Shown: in pieces, positions 1 to 12,518 of the stretch
Layout: every line of letters begins with the position of its first letter
Position numbering within the stretch: the first letter of the stretch is position 1
Source: Verrucomicrobiota bacterium
GTDB lineage: Bacteria; Verrucomicrobiota; Verrucomicrobiia; Limisphaerales; UBA8199
Assembly (NCBI GenBank): GCA_037130375.1
Contig: JBAXTC010000003.1
Location: 1 to 42,443, forward strand
DNA: 42,443 nucleotides
Direction: 5' to 3'
Notes under the pieces: model-generated
Databases searched by the model: none
Seen by the model: the letters and a program-made list of their open reading frames with translations, nothing else
Told to the model about the DNA's origin: nothing
Program-made: the position numbers and the translations under genes

Positions 1-67
1 GTCGCGATGGTCCCGGGAATCGCCATCAAGAGCATGATCCTATTCGCCCAGTCCCACCCCCCCCCTT

Positions 68-113
68 TCACGCATCACGCATCACCCATCACCCATCAGG
101 CATCACCCATCAC
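68..113. repeat. Heptamer tandem repeat (TCACGCA/TCACCCA)n, about 6.5 units, next to a C9 tract at 57-65
   Basis: tcacgca tcacgca tcaccca tcaccca tcaggca tcaccca tcac read directly. Confidence 0.85.
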
Positions 114-211
114 ATCCCACGTATGTTTTCTGTTCCACGCCCAATAAATAGATGGTGGAGCTTCGCATTTTCTGGTAAGGCATTAACTGTGACGATTGAA
201 GTCTTGTTGCG

Positions 212-655
212 ATGAAGATTACGGAAGCACTATTGGCGGAACACATGGTGTTTCACAACCTATTCGACCACATCGATGCGAAGGCCCCGCGGTTGAAGAC
301 GTTGGCAGAGGTCAAATTGTTGGCTGCGTTGATGGAGTCGATGTTGAAGGCGCACTCTGACACGGAGGACGAACTGTTCATCGGCCCGCTGGAGCATTGC
401 TTCGAGCAAATCGGCCAGCGCGACGCCTTTATTCGGGAGCACGAGGAGATTGACGAGAATTTGAAGCAGGTCCAGGAAGCGAAGCAGGTGCGGTTGGCGT
501 GCCAATTATTGCTCGCCGCAGTAGCTTACTCGCGCAAACATTTCGATAAAGAAGAGCGCGTCGTTTTTCCCATGGCCGAACGCATTCTGAAGGGCAAGAC
601 GCTGGCGGCGCTGGGACAAACGTGGTTGGAGCAGAGGATTCGAAAGGCGGTTTGA
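212..655 (+). CDS. Hemerythrin (HHE) domain protein
   Basis: LLAEH, H-x3-EDELF, EHEEI and HFDKEERVVFP metal-binding pattern; 147 aa. Confidence 0.85.
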   Translation: MKITEALLAEHMVFHNLFDHIDAKAPRLKTLAEVKLLAALMESMLKAHSDTEDELFIGPLEHCFEQIGQRDAFIREHEEIDENLKQVQEAKQVRLACQLLLAAVAYSRKHFDKEERVVFPMAERILKGKTLAALGQTWLEQRIRKAV

Positions 656-683
656 TTTGGCGCGATCAGCCATTAGCACTCCG

Positions 684-1775
684 TCAGGCTGTTCCCTCAG
701 CTAAACGGGATGCCGGTTGCGGTTCGATCTGGTCGGAGAAACCGTGCTTGTCCCAGCTTGGGTCCAGGCCCAGGTCCTTGAGCATTTGGAGATCCTTCTC
801 CACCGACTGATTGAGTGTGGTCAGGTAATTCCCAACCATCAGGGCACTGGCGCCGGCCATGAACATGAGGCTTTGGGCGTCCCGCAGGTTCACAGTTCGT
901 CCACCGGCAACCATGATTTCCTGCGTCGGCAGGATAAACCGGAAGCAGGCAATGGACTTAAGAATTTCCAGCGGGGCCAACGGTGCCTGCTCCCCAAAGG
1001 GCGTGCCGGCGATGGGGTTCAGAATGTTGATGGGAACGATGTGCGCGCCGAGTTCCTTCAGGTCGAAGGCCAGGTCGCAGCGGTCCTTTCGGGTTTCTCC
1101 CATACCGAGGATGCCGCCCGAACAGAGCTTAATCCCGGCTTGCTTCAAGTGGTTGATGGTCTGAACCCGCTCCTGATAGGTATGCGAAGTGCAAACCTGC
1201 GGGAAAAATCGCTCCGAGCTTTCGAGATTGTGATTGTAACACTCCAGGCCGGACTCCTTGAGGCGGTCCGCAACCCGCTGATTGCTGATTATGCCAAGGG
1301 ATGCATCTGGCCGTGCGTTGCCGCTTTGTTTCAATTCCTCCAACTGCCGGCAAATCTCTTCCAGCACCGGTCCCTCCTCGAGCCCGCGCCAGGCGGCCAC
1401 CAGGCCAAGCGCGGTGACGCCATTGGTTTTGACTTCGGCGGCCGCGGCGAGGATTGGCTCCCGGTCAACCAGGCCATACCGGGGCGACTCGGTCTGATAG
1501 CCGGCGGATTGAGAGCAGAACCGGCAGTTCTCCGAGCACCCGCCCGCTTTGATATTCACGATCGAGCACAGGTGAATTTTGTTCCCTTTGAAGTGCTCCC
1601 GAATGCGATTGGACCATGACAGCAAATCGACGGTGTCAGCGCCGCATTCCAGGTTGAACAGCCAAAGACCTTCCTCCCTCGTGATGTCGCCGCCGTCCAG
1701 CACTCGCCGGCCAAGTGCCGCAATCCGGTCATGAGGGCCGGCGTCAAATGAATTCGATCTCATGGTTGACAGCAT
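684..1775 (-). CDS. bioB: Biotin synthase (radical SAM); start probably 1775 or 1763 rather than 1856
   Basis: CSENCRFC radical SAM motif, YNHNLE, CSGGILGMGE, VPINIL, GNYLTT. Confidence 0.92.
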   Translation of the reverse strand: MLSTMRSNSFDAGPHDRIAALGRRVLDGGDITREEGLWLFNLECGADTVDLLSWSNRIREHFKGNKIHLCSIVNIKAGGCSENCRFCSQSAGYQTESPRYGLVDREPILAAAAEVKTNGVTALGLVAAWRGLEEGPVLEEICRQLEELKQSGNARPDASLGIISNQRVADRLKESGLECYNHNLESSERFFPQVCTSHTYQERVQTINHLKQAGIKLCSGGILGMGETRKDRCDLAFDLKELGAHIVPINILNPIAGTPFGEQAPLAPLEILKSIACFRFILPTQEIMVAGGRTVNLRDAQSLMFMAGASALMVGNYLTTLNQSVEKDLQMLKDLGLDPSWDKHGFSDQIEPQPASRLAEGTA

Positions 1776-1889
1776 AAGCCCTGGCACGGTTTGTGCAAGC
1801 CGCCAGGGATCAACCGCGCAAATTACACCGGCAGGAATAATCCCACCCTTCCCCAAAGCCGACGACGCGCCGGCAGTGTCCGGGTTCGC

Positions 1890-2471
1890 TCAACGAATGA
1901 GAGGGCCCAGGATATTGCGGCGCGGAACCGGCCCGTAAGTGCGGCTGTCAATCGAGTTCAGTCGATTGTCGCCCATCAGGAAGTATTGGTCTTTCCCGCA
2001 CAGAACCAACTGATCTTTGAATTTTGAATCGGTGAAGGTGGGGGTGTGGGGCGCGAGATATGGCTCGTCCAACTTGCACCCGTTCAGGTACACGTTGCCA
2101 TCTTTCAGGTAGATCGAATCTCCCGGGGCAGCAACCACACGTTTGACCGAAAAACCGTTGTCGCTGGGGTCGCGCAGCACCACGACGTCGCTGCGCTGAG
2201 GAGCGTGGACGTGATAAATCCAACGATTCAAGAGATAATGTTGCGAGTCATAAAGCGTTGGCATCATGCTTCGACCGACAACGTTCACCGATTGCAAGAC
2301 GAAGTGGCTGATGACGAAGTAGCTGACCACTGCCATCGCGGTCACCGCCAGAAACTGAGAAATCTGGCGGAGGACGGACGGACTATGCTTTCGGGTTGGC
2401 CGCGGCGGTGAGCGCAAGGCTGGCCCGGCTGCAATCGACTTTGGATTCGTCATTTGCTTTGACGCCATCAA
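1890..2471 (-). CDS. lepB: Signal peptidase I
   Basis: TM helix, GRSMMPTL (catalytic Ser), VKRV (catalytic Lys), GDNRLNSIDSR. Confidence 0.93.
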   Translation of the reverse strand: MMASKQMTNPKSIAAGPALRSPPRPTRKHSPSVLRQISQFLAVTAMAVVSYFVISHFVLQSVNVVGRSMMPTLYDSQHYLLNRWIYHVHAPQRSDVVVLRDPSDNGFSVKRVVAAPGDSIYLKDGNVYLNGCKLDEPYLAPHTPTFTDSKFKDQLVLCGKDQYFLMGDNRLNSIDSRTYGPVPRRNILGPLIR

Positions 2472-2486
2472 TAAAGCGCTTGGCGC

Positions 2487-5132
2487 TTATTCACCAACGG
2501 CGGCATTTTCCTGCTGTTCGCTGATCACCGGCGCGATAGCCTGCAATTTATCGCCTTCGGCGAGATTGATTAGCTTTACCCCTTGCGTATTGCGGCCGGC
2601 TTCACGAATGTCTTTCACGAACGTCCGAACCATTTGCCCGCCCGCGGTGATCAGCATGATCTCGTCTGCGTCTCGCACGGTCAGGGCTCCAACGACTGCC
2701 CCGGTCCTTTCATTGGCCTTCATGGTAATGATGCCTTTGCCGCCTCGTGATTGCAGGCGATAGACTGGCTCGACCGTTCCATCCGGCAGCATCATATCGA
2801 AGGGGGTCCGCTTGCCAATGCCGTTTTGTCCCGCCACCAGCAATGTCGCGTCCCGCACTACGACCGCGAGGGCAACCACCGCGTCGCCTTGGTCCAGGCT
2901 AATGCCGCGCACGCCTGCGGCTGGCCGGCCCACGGAGCGCACGTCATCTTCCGAAAATCGGATACTCATCCCGTCGCGCGTGATCAGAACCACCTGGTCC
3001 TGGCCGGAAGTCAATTTGACCTCGATCAGCGTGTCATCGGAGTCGATACCGATGGCAATAATTCCGTCTTTGCGGACATTGGCAAAGTCCTCGAGGGGGG
3101 TTTTCTTCACGGTTCCCTGTTGTGTGGCGAAGAAAAGGCAGCCCGACTGCTGCCAGGTCGTGTCTTCCTTATTCGGCCCCGCTTTTGCCTCGATCCGAAT
3201 CAGAGCGGCGATCGTTTCGCCCTGCTTCAATTCGAGCAGGTTGGCGATGCTCCGGCCTTTGGCCGCGCGGGCCATGTCGGGAACCTCATGCACGCGTTCG
3301 GCATAGACCCGGCCGGTGTTGGTGAAGAACATCAAGTGATCATGGGTTCCGGCGGTGAACAGGTGTTCGATAAAGTCGCGGTCCTCTTCCGCGTCGGCTT
3401 CGCGGGTCACCATGCCGATGACACCTTTGCCGCCGCGGCGCTGGGCGCAGTATGAGCTGACGTTGGTCCGTTTGATCAGCCCGGCATGGGTGATGGTGAT
3501 GATGACGCCCTCATTGGCAATCAGGTCTTCAATGGCGATTTCGCCTTCGTCGGGGACGAGATCGGTCATGCGTGGCGTGGCGTATTTTTCTTTAATCGCC
3601 AGCAACTCGGACTTGATGATGTCGAGCACGCGCGTCTCTTTGGCCAGGATGTCGAGCAGGTCTTTGATGCGCTCGAGCAAGCCGCCATACTCCGCCCTGA
3701 CTTTATCCATCTCCATGCCGGTCAACTGATAGAGGCGCAGCTCGAGAATGGCGTTGGCCTGCATCTCGCTGAAGGAATAGCGTCCGCTGGTCAGGCGCGC
3801 CTCGCTGCGGATGAGGATGCCGATGTTCTCGACCTGGGCTCGCGTGAAGTCGAACGCGAGCAGCTTGATTTTGGCTTCCTCGCGATTGGCCGAATGGCGG
3901 ATGATGCGAATGAATTCATCCAGGTTGGACAGCGCGATCAGGTAGCCCTCGAGCAATTCGGCGCGTTCCTCGGCTTTTCGCAGCTCGAACTTCGTGCGTC
4001 GAATGATCACTTCGCGGCGGTGCTCGATATAGCAGTTGATCAGTTCCTTCAAGCCGAGCGTCTTCGGTCGGCCATGATCAATCGCCAGCGCGTTCACCGC
4101 AAAGCTCGATTCGAGCGCGGTGCGCTGGTAGAGATTGTTGATGACAACTTTCGGAATCGCATCGCGTTTGATTTCGATGACGACCCGGGTATTTTCGTCC
4201 GATTCGTCCCGCACGGCGGTGATATCGGTGATGATCTTTTCGTTGACCAGATCGGCAATCCGCTCGACGAGCACCGCACGGTTCACATTATAGGGAATTT
4301 CGGTGATGATGATGTGCTCGCGGCCGCCTTTGTGCGGCTCGAGGCTCACTTTGCCGCGCACCTTTACGCTGCCGCGCCCGGTAGCGAAATACTGTTTGAT
4401 CCCCTCCAGGCCGCACACCATGCAACCGGTTGGAAAGTCCGGTCCTTTGACGAACTGCATCAGCTCTTTAAGCGAAATGGCCGGATTATCAATCTGGGCG
4501 CAAACGCCGTCGATGACTTCGCCGAGGTTGTGAGGGGGAATGTTGGTCGCCATGCCGACGGCGATGCCTGTGCCGCCATTGACCAGCAGGTTCGGGAACG
4601 CGGCGGGAAAGACGGTCGGCTCGGTGCGGGTTTCGTCGTAATTGGGGACGAAGTCCACCGTGTCCCGGTCCATGTCCTCCATAATCACCGCGCCGAGGGG
4701 GGCCAGGCGGGCTTCGGTGTACCGCATGGAGGCCGGCGGGTCTCCTTCGACGGAGCCGAAGTTCCCCTGCCCGTCCACTAATCGCTCCCGCATGGCCCAG
4801 GGCTGAGCCATGTGAACCAGGGTGGGGTAAATCGCCATATCGCCGTGCGGGTGGTAATTGCCCATTGTTTCGCCGACGATTTTCGCGCACTTGATGTGTT
4901 TGCGGTTGGGCATCACGCCGAGGTCATTCATGGCGTAGAGGATGCGTCGTTGCGACGGTTTGAGACCATCGCGCACATCGGGCAGCGCGCGGGAAATGAT
5001 CACCGACATCGAGTAGTCCAGGAAGGAATTCTTGATCTCGTCGGCGACGTTGATTTTGGAGATCTTCTCGTTGGGGGCGAACAATGGCGTGCTGCTCGGC
5101 GGCAAATTTGTGGGAGGGTTTTCGTCAGGCAT
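2487..5132 (-). CDS. gyrA: DNA gyrase subunit A
   Basis: [24 protein letters not shown] active-site Tyr, GyrA-box QRRGGKG, beta-pinwheel CTD repeats. Confidence 0.98.
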   Translation of the reverse strand: MPDENPPTNLPPSSTPLFAPNEKISKINVADEIKNSFLDYSMSVIISRALPDVRDGLKPSQRRILYAMNDLGVMPNRKHIKCAKIVGETMGNYHPHGDMAIYPTLVHMAQPWAMRERLVDGQGNFGSVEGDPPASMRYTEARLAPLGAVIMEDMDRDTVDFVPNYDETRTEPTVFPAAFPNLLVNGGTGIAVGMATNIPPHNLGEVIDGVCAQIDNPAISLKELMQFVKGPDFPTGCMVCGLEGIKQYFATGRGSVKVRGKVSLEPHKGGREHIIITEIPYNVNRAVLVERIADLVNEKIITDITAVRDESDENTRVVIEIKRDAIPKVVINNLYQRTALESSFAVNALAIDHGRPKTLGLKELINCYIEHRREVIIRRTKFELRKAEERAELLEGYLIALSNLDEFIRIIRHSANREEAKIKLLAFDFTRAQVENIGILIRSEARLTSGRYSFSEMQANAILELRLYQLTGMEMDKVRAEYGGLLERIKDLLDILAKETRVLDIIKSELLAIKEKYATPRMTDLVPDEGEIAIEDLIANEGVIITITHAGLIKRTNVSSYCAQRRGGKGVIGMVTREADAEEDRDFIEHLFTAGTHDHLMFFTNTGRVYAERVHEVPDMARAAKGRSIANLLELKQGETIAALIRIEAKAGPNKEDTTWQQSGCLFFATQQGTVKKTPLEDFANVRKDGIIAIGIDSDDTLIEVKLTSGQDQVVLITRDGMSIRFSEDDVRSVGRPAAGVRGISLDQGDAVVALAVVVRDATLLVAGQNGIGKRTPFDMMLPDGTVEPVYRLQSRGGKGIITMKANERTGAVVGALTVRDADEIMLITAGGQMVRTFVKDIREAGRNTQGVKLINLAEGDKLQAIAPVISEQQENAAVGE

Positions 5133-5237
5133 AAGGGAAAATCGGGGTGATCGGGCAGTGGAGAGATGGAGTGGTGAGAGCTGCCATAGGCCGACTATTT
5201 GCTTGGGTGTTGAGGCATCTGTGAGGTCGTTTCTTCT

Positions 5238-7763
<2,526 letters not shown>

Positions 7764-7852
7764 TCAATTAAGCCATCCGTTTCCAATCAAAAGATGTTAC
7801 GGAAAATGACCAAAAAACACAACCGCTAATTGCGGCGTTTCTTGGATGAAAA

Positions 7853-7900
7853 ACACCATTAGTTGTGGAGTTTGCGTTTGCAACCGCCAATATATTGGGT
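7853..7900. promoter_or_regulatory. Tandem NrdR-like boxes upstream of gyrB
   Basis: Core caatatattg (7888-7897) matches CWATATATWG exactly; weaker acaccattagttgtg (core 7856-7865) lies 32 bp away, a spacing typical of NrdR pairs. Confidence 0.6.
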
Positions 7901-7902
7901 GT

Positions 7903-7997
7903 TTCGGAGCATCCCCGCTGACTGATTCAACCTACGATTATCGGGCCTTAAAAGCAAGCGGCTTTCGATCATTTGGACAGCCCACGGCGCGCAGCGG
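7903..7997. repeat. 95-bp direct repeat, copy 1; contains a candidate gyrB sigma70 promoter on the minus strand (TTGCTT-17-TAGGTT, 7957-7929)
   Basis: Ungapped match to 9929-10023, 80/95 identical by manual alignment. Confidence 0.85.
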
Positions 7998-7998
7998 G

Positions 7999-8124
7999 TT
8001 CATTGGCGCCATCAATGATGCCAACTACCAGGGGAGCAATTCGGCTGACAGCCAAATCACGCGCAAAGCGCTGACGGTGTCGGTCTCCTTCTCGGGCACG
8101 CCGAATGGTGTCTTCGACGATGGA
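7999..8124 (+). pseudogene. Short fragment resembling an MBG/YDG-type adhesin repeat
   Basis: Reads INDANYQGSNSADSQITRKALTV; no credible start codon; motif resemblance only. Confidence 0.35.
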
Positions 8125-8135
8125 TTCAGGGAGGT

Positions 8136-9440
8136 TCATTTTGGAGGGATTGACAGCCGGTGGCTCATTCCAATTTTCTTCCGCCACTCGTTGCCGACTC
8201 GAGCCTCCGCCGCAAATTCCGGCCACCGTGCCACTGCCGCCCGCACTTCCTCGATGATCGTTCTGGCCCGGCCCCGTTTCATCAGGGCGGATTTTGCGCA
8301 AGCCTCGAAGTCATCCCTCGTAAAGCCATCCCTTCTGCCATTGAGTGTCATTTGGTGGGTGGCGGTCCACGAACCCGAAGGATTGTAGCTGTAGATCACA
8401 TCAAACGCCGGCGCGAGGGACCAATGGCTCTGTTTGTCCATCAAGAAGGCAATGTTCTTGACGTGATCATCCTGATTTCGGGCGATGATGTTGAAGACCG
8501 TCCGCCGAAACTGTTCTTCGACTGCTGACATCGGCAGTTTGAGTTGGCGGATCGTGAGCATCGCTTGTTCGTAGGCATAGGCGCCGGCTTGGTTGAAATC
8601 AAAATGCGCCATCGCCCCCAGCGACTGCATGTGCAGCTTTTCGCCGCCGTCGAGCCGGTCGAACCGCCGGGTCATGAAATGTCGCCGCCCGTTTTCTTCC
8701 AGAAGCCGGCATTCGTTCATCCTGATTCCCCCCGCCACTGCCATCAGATGATAGGCATACTCAATCGCACCATAGCCCTTCGGGTCTTCCAACTCCTTGT
8801 CCTTGTTGGCGGCGACGCCATCGAACTTCAGCAGCCAGTAATCGAATCCGTCTCCAGCCGTGATCTGGCCGGATCGAACTTCGTTCGTTTCGCGGTTCCA
8901 CGCGATCACGGCCTTGGCCCGTGCTCCCCCGGCGGACGTTCCCACCCGCAGTATATCGTTCAACGCCTTCTCGCGCCCTGCCCCGCCAAAATTGGCTTTC
9001 AATTCGTTGCGGTGAGTTAAGACATCTGACGCGAGCCGGACCAGCGCATCAATCTCGATCTTTGTCGCCTTGCCTGGTTTGGGGCCAAGCACGGGGGCAA
9101 ACTCCAGCGCGCCCATTCCGCGCGTGCCCGTGTAGCACAGGCGCTCGACGGCGCCAAAGCTCTCCGGCGCCCGGCCCTGTGTTGCGAGCCATGCATCGAC
9201 CAGGGCGTTGCCAAACTTGTCCGGCAGCGAATCCGCCAGCAAACCAGGCAGGCCGTGAAAGGTTTTTTGCGGCAGTTCCGGGAATTCATAAACACGATCG
9301 CTCAACGGCATGCTCAGAGGGGCAATCTCGATGCCGCTTCGGGCAAACTCAGGGTCGTATTGGAAAGCGGCATGGTCCCGGCCTTCCTCCATCATAACAG
9401 CCCCGATGGTCCGCCCCCAGAGCTGGACCTTGGCGATCAT
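8136..9440 (-). CDS. hipA: HipA-family kinase toxin
   Basis: N-terminal Couple_hipA region (LADSLPDKFG), SAGGARAK P-loop, WLLKF, RNQDDHVKN, LAPAFD. Confidence 0.92.
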   Translation of the reverse strand: MIAKVQLWGRTIGAVMMEEGRDHAAFQYDPEFARSGIEIAPLSMPLSDRVYEFPELPQKTFHGLPGLLADSLPDKFGNALVDAWLATQGRAPESFGAVERLCYTGTRGMGALEFAPVLGPKPGKATKIEIDALVRLASDVLTHRNELKANFGGAGREKALNDILRVGTSAGGARAKAVIAWNRETNEVRSGQITAGDGFDYWLLKFDGVAANKDKELEDPKGYGAIEYAYHLMAVAGGIRMNECRLLEENGRRHFMTRRFDRLDGGEKLHMQSLGAMAHFDFNQAGAYAYEQAMLTIRQLKLPMSAVEEQFRRTVFNIIARNQDDHVKNIAFLMDKQSHWSLAPAFDVIYSYNPSGSWTATHQMTLNGRRDGFTRDDFEACAKSALMKRGRARTIIEEVRAAVARWPEFAAEARVGNEWRKKIGMSHRLSIPPK

Positions 9441-9790
9441 GACGGCTCACCCCATGTCCATTTCGGAGCCGCGATTGTCGCAGCCTTTTGGCCCGAGGCC
9501 CGCTGACGTTTCTTGCCTTGCAGTTTCAACTGCGCGATGGGACTGGCCGCCGGTTCGGGAATGAGCGTATCGAACCGCTCCACCAAGCCGAGAACCCGAC
9601 AGACCCTGACAAAACCAGACAACTGAGTTGCCGCCGCTCCCGATTCCAAACGTTGCAACGTCCGAATGCCAAGTCCTGCCTGTTCCGCCAGCCCCTCTTG
9701 AGTGAGGTTTTTCACCAAACGAAGCCGGGCCAATCGCTCCCCAATCAGCTTGAGAAGGCTTTCGTCGGTCATTTGTGATTCAATCTTCAT
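9437..9790 (-). CDS. XRE-family HTH antitoxin (HipB-like)
   Basis: LRLVKNLTQEGLAEQAGLGIRTLQRLESG HTH; ATGA overlap with hipA. Confidence 0.88.
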   Translation of the reverse strand: MKIESQMTDESLLKLIGERLARLRLVKNLTQEGLAEQAGLGIRTLQRLESGAAATQLSGFVRVCRVLGLVERFDTLIPEPAASPIAQLKLQGKKRQRASGQKAATIAAPKWTWGEPS

Positions 9791-9792
9791 AC

Positions 9793-9847
9793 ACGCCTAA
9801 CATGGCGTATTGTTTCAATAATACAATATAAACCGCCAATAATGGCG
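9793..9847. promoter_or_regulatory. Two palindromic operators CGCC-N6-GGCG flanking an AT-rich promoter region of hipBA
   Basis: acgcctaacatggcgt (9793-9808) and cgccaataatggcg (9834-9847), 40 bp apart, directly upstream of the antitoxin ATG. Confidence 0.6.
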
Positions 9848-9928
9848 TGTAACAACTCTCCCGTGTTTGCCGTTTAGGTGCGACATCAGTTCCGACTGCC
9901 TGCTGCGCGGTGCCAAGGAAGCCCGCAA

Positions 9929-10023
9929 TTCGGAGTATCCCCGCTGACTAATTCAACCAGCGATTATCGGGATATAACAACAAGCGTCTTTTGGTTATAT
10001 GGACAGCCCACGGCGCGAAGCGG
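9929..10023. repeat. 95-bp direct repeat, copy 2
   Basis: Matches 7903-7997 (about 84%); the -10-like TAGGTT is changed to CTGGTT in this copy. Confidence 0.85.
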
Positions 10024-10054
10024 ATGCTGGGCAGGAATCTGATAGTCTTTGGGC

Positions 10055-10891
10055 TTACGACTTGATGTCGCGGGCTTGAAAAGCCGCCGCGCCGACGAGG
10101 AATGTGGTGAGGTTTATCGCCAGCAAGATACAGAGCGTCTGAACCACCGAATCCCACGGGGTCGGCTGGGAATAGATCCGAATCCATGTGTGGAAATGGT
10201 AGGTCGGGAACCACTCCTTATAGTGTTCAAAGAACGGGATGTTCTCCATCACCATGCTGACAAACAGAACCGAAAGCGCGAGGATGGTCGCGGCCGCAGG
10301 TTTCATGTTGAAGCAGGAGAACATGAAGGCCAGGCCCACCGCGACGCTCGCGTTAACCGCCATGAAGACCAGAGACCAAAGGAACAGCTTAAACCCGGCA
10401 GCGGCGCTCAAGACGTTGAAGCCAATGCCGGGCCAGGACACGAACATCCCCTTCCACGGGAACCAGATCCGAGCCAGGCAGAGAGCGGTTCCGCCCAGGA
10501 CGAGCACCAGCAAGGCCGCAAAAACGCCCCCGGCCAGCCATTTCATCAGCAGCAACCTGAACCGCGAGATCGGCCGCGACAAAATCATGCGCAAGGTGCC
10601 CTCCTCCGCTTCCTTGGCCACCATGTCTCCTCCGACCAAGGCAGTGTACAAAGGCATTAACAAGGCGACCTGAGGAATAAGCATGATGACGGCCACCGTG
10701 AGCGCGGACATGTATTCCTGCGCCAGATACCCGTTTCCGGCGAGCGTGCGCTCCATATCGGCGCGCACGTGTCCAAAGCGAAACATCAGCAGCATCCCCG
10801 TCTGCACCAGCAGGAACGCGCCAAAGCCAATATAAGTGCGCTTCTTCCCAAACAGCTTCCAGAGTTCGTTGCGGAAATGAAGATAGAACAT
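10055..10891 (-). CDS. ABC-2 type transporter permease
   Basis: Multiple TM helices; GGDMVAKEAEEGTLRMILSRPISR motif. Confidence 0.88.
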   Translation of the reverse strand: MFYLHFRNELWKLFGKKRTYIGFGAFLLVQTGMLLMFRFGHVRADMERTLAGNGYLAQEYMSALTVAVIMLIPQVALLMPLYTALVGGDMVAKEAEEGTLRMILSRPISRFRLLLMKWLAGGVFAALLVLVLGGTALCLARIWFPWKGMFVSWPGIGFNVLSAAAGFKLFLWSLVFMAVNASVAVGLAFMFSCFNMKPAAATILALSVLFVSMVMENIPFFEHYKEWFPTYHFHTWIRIYSQPTPWDSVVQTLCILLAINLTTFLVGAAAFQARDIKS

Positions 10892-10902
10892 GGCGCCTCA
10901 GC

Positions 10903-11805
10903 TCATTTAACGTCCCGTTGATTATTCATCAGGCTGAGGTAAAAACCCTCCAGCGTTTCCTTCTCCAACGCGATTTCGTAAACTGGCATTCCATGCTCGA
11001 CCAGCAGCTTTACGATCTGATCGCTGCCGATGCCGGGCTTCAAAGCGATGAACTGTCCGTCGCGTTCCTCTTTGATGAGTTGCGCCTCGCGCAGTTGGCG
11101 GGTTGCTGAGGGGAAATCACCAACCTCGAGCCGGACCCATTTCTCGCGCTGTTTGGTCGCAGCCAGCGGACCTTCAAAGACCATGCGACCCTGGTTCAAC
11201 ACGGCGATGCGCGTGCAGAGTTGTTCCACCTCGTTGAGCAAATGGGACGAAAGCAGAATCGTGAGGCCCAGCTCACGCTGGAGCCGCAGAATCGTCTGGC
11301 GCATCTCGTGGATGCCTTCCGGGTCCAGTCCGTCGCTTGGCTCATCGAGGATCAGCAGCTCCGGGTGGGGCAGCAAAGCCTGGGCCAGCGCGAGCCGCGC
11401 CCTCATGCCGTGGGAATAGGTTCTGACCTTGGAATCCTCCCGTCCGGTCAAACCGACCCACTCGATCACCTCCTGAATTCGCTGGCGGGGCGTCGGCGCG
11501 GTGTAGGAACTCAGGATTTCGAGGTTCCGCCGGCCGCTCAGGTAGTCATAAAACGCCGGGCTTTCAAAGATCGCACCGACCTTTTGCAACGCTTTCCGGC
11601 GGTGCGCCGTTACGTCGTGACCGCAGATTCTCACCTCGCCACTAGTCGGCCAAACCTGACCGAGCATCATGCCGATGGCCGTGCTCTTGCCCGCACCGTT
11701 ATGGCCGAGCAACCCGTAAATCTCCCCGGCCGGAACCTGCAAGGACAAGTCGTCAACTGCCAACTGCTTGCCGAACTTCTTAAATAGGTTTTTGAGTTGA
11801 ATCAT
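10903..11805 (-). CDS. ABC transporter ATP-binding protein
   Basis: GHNGAGKS Walker A, YSHGM signature, LILDEP Walker B, SSHLL. Confidence 0.93.
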   Translation of the reverse strand: MIQLKNLFKKFGKQLAVDDLSLQVPAGEIYGLLGHNGAGKSTAIGMMLGQVWPTSGEVRICGHDVTAHRRKALQKVGAIFESPAFYDYLSGRRNLEILSSYTAPTPRQRIQEVIEWVGLTGREDSKVRTYSHGMRARLALAQALLPHPELLILDEPSDGLDPEGIHEMRQTILRLQRELGLTILLSSHLLNEVEQLCTRIAVLNQGRMVFEGPLAATKQREKWVRLEVGDFPSATRQLREAQLIKEERDGQFIALKPGIGSDQIVKLLVEHGMPVYEIALEKETLEGFYLSLMNNQRDVK

Positions 11806-12518
11806 TGGGTTGGCTTGATGGTTCCCTCGATCACGAGCAGGTTCTTGATATGGCCGTCGGCGTACAAGAAGTTCTTCGCCTTCGCGTCGCCGCGGGCGAT
11901 ATGGAACTTCTCTTTGTCAAACATCAACGGTATTTCATGTGGCTCGAATTTCAGGTCGATTCCTATTAAACTCACGACTAACTGCTCGGCGTCCTTCCCG
12001 TTAAGGAAATCGTTCCACGCGTAGCTCGAGCCGGTTTGTTCAAAAAAGGTTGGTCCTTTTTCCGGCAGGCTAGACTTGTTGGGCGGCCACTTGTCGGATG
12101 GACACCGCAGCACGTTCAGGTTGCCGAGCGAACTGACAAGCACCTGGTCCGGGCCAGCATACTTGTTGGTAACCCCCGGGTAGATGTCGGACATGCAGGG
12201 CAACCGATTCCGGTTGTCCCCGACGTAGAGCTGAAGCGCGATGCCGATTTGGTGCAAATTGCTGAGGCAGCCGGTGGCCTTTGCGCTTTCTTTCGCCCGG
12301 CTGAGCACGGGCAGAAGGAGCGCGGCCAACATGGCAATAATGGCAATGACCACCAGCAGTTCGATCAAGGTGAAGGCGACGCCTGGAGCGACCTTGTCAG
12401 GCTCGGGAGCCACCTCAGCGGGGTCGCCGTGACAACCTCCGCCCTCGGCCTTCTCCCTTCCCGCCTCGCAACTCTCGCCGCGCACCTCGGATTTCGGATT
12501 TCGGGCTTTCCGCTTCAT
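11802..12518 (-). CDS. Prepilin-type N-methylation domain protein (PVC DUF1559 / H-X9-DG-like family)
   Basis: [30 protein letters not shown]...CLSNLHQIG; C-terminal FH...NFLYADGH. Confidence 0.88.
   Translation of the reverse strand: MKRKARNPKSEVRGESCEAGREKAEGGGCHGDPAEVAPEPDKVAPGVAFTLIELLVVIAIIAMLAALLLPVLSRAKESAKATGCLSNLHQIGIALQLYVGDNRNRLPCMSDIYPGVTNKYAGPDQVLVSSLGNLNVLRCPSDKWPPNKSSLPEKGPTFFEQTGSSYAWNDFLNGKDAEQLVVSLIGIDLKFEPHEIPLMFDKEKFHIARGDAKAKNFLYADGHIKNLLVIEGTIKPTQ

Noticed and set aside
673-699. TTAGCACTC, a perfect CIRCE left half
   Set aside because: No GAGTGCTAA right half after 9 nt, and it lies between convergent gene ends
3486-4781. Long antisense ORFs (also 6615-7829, 19333-20667, 26539-27951, 38683-42039)
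   Set aside because: Shadow frames of high-GC genes on the opposite strand with no recognisable motifs
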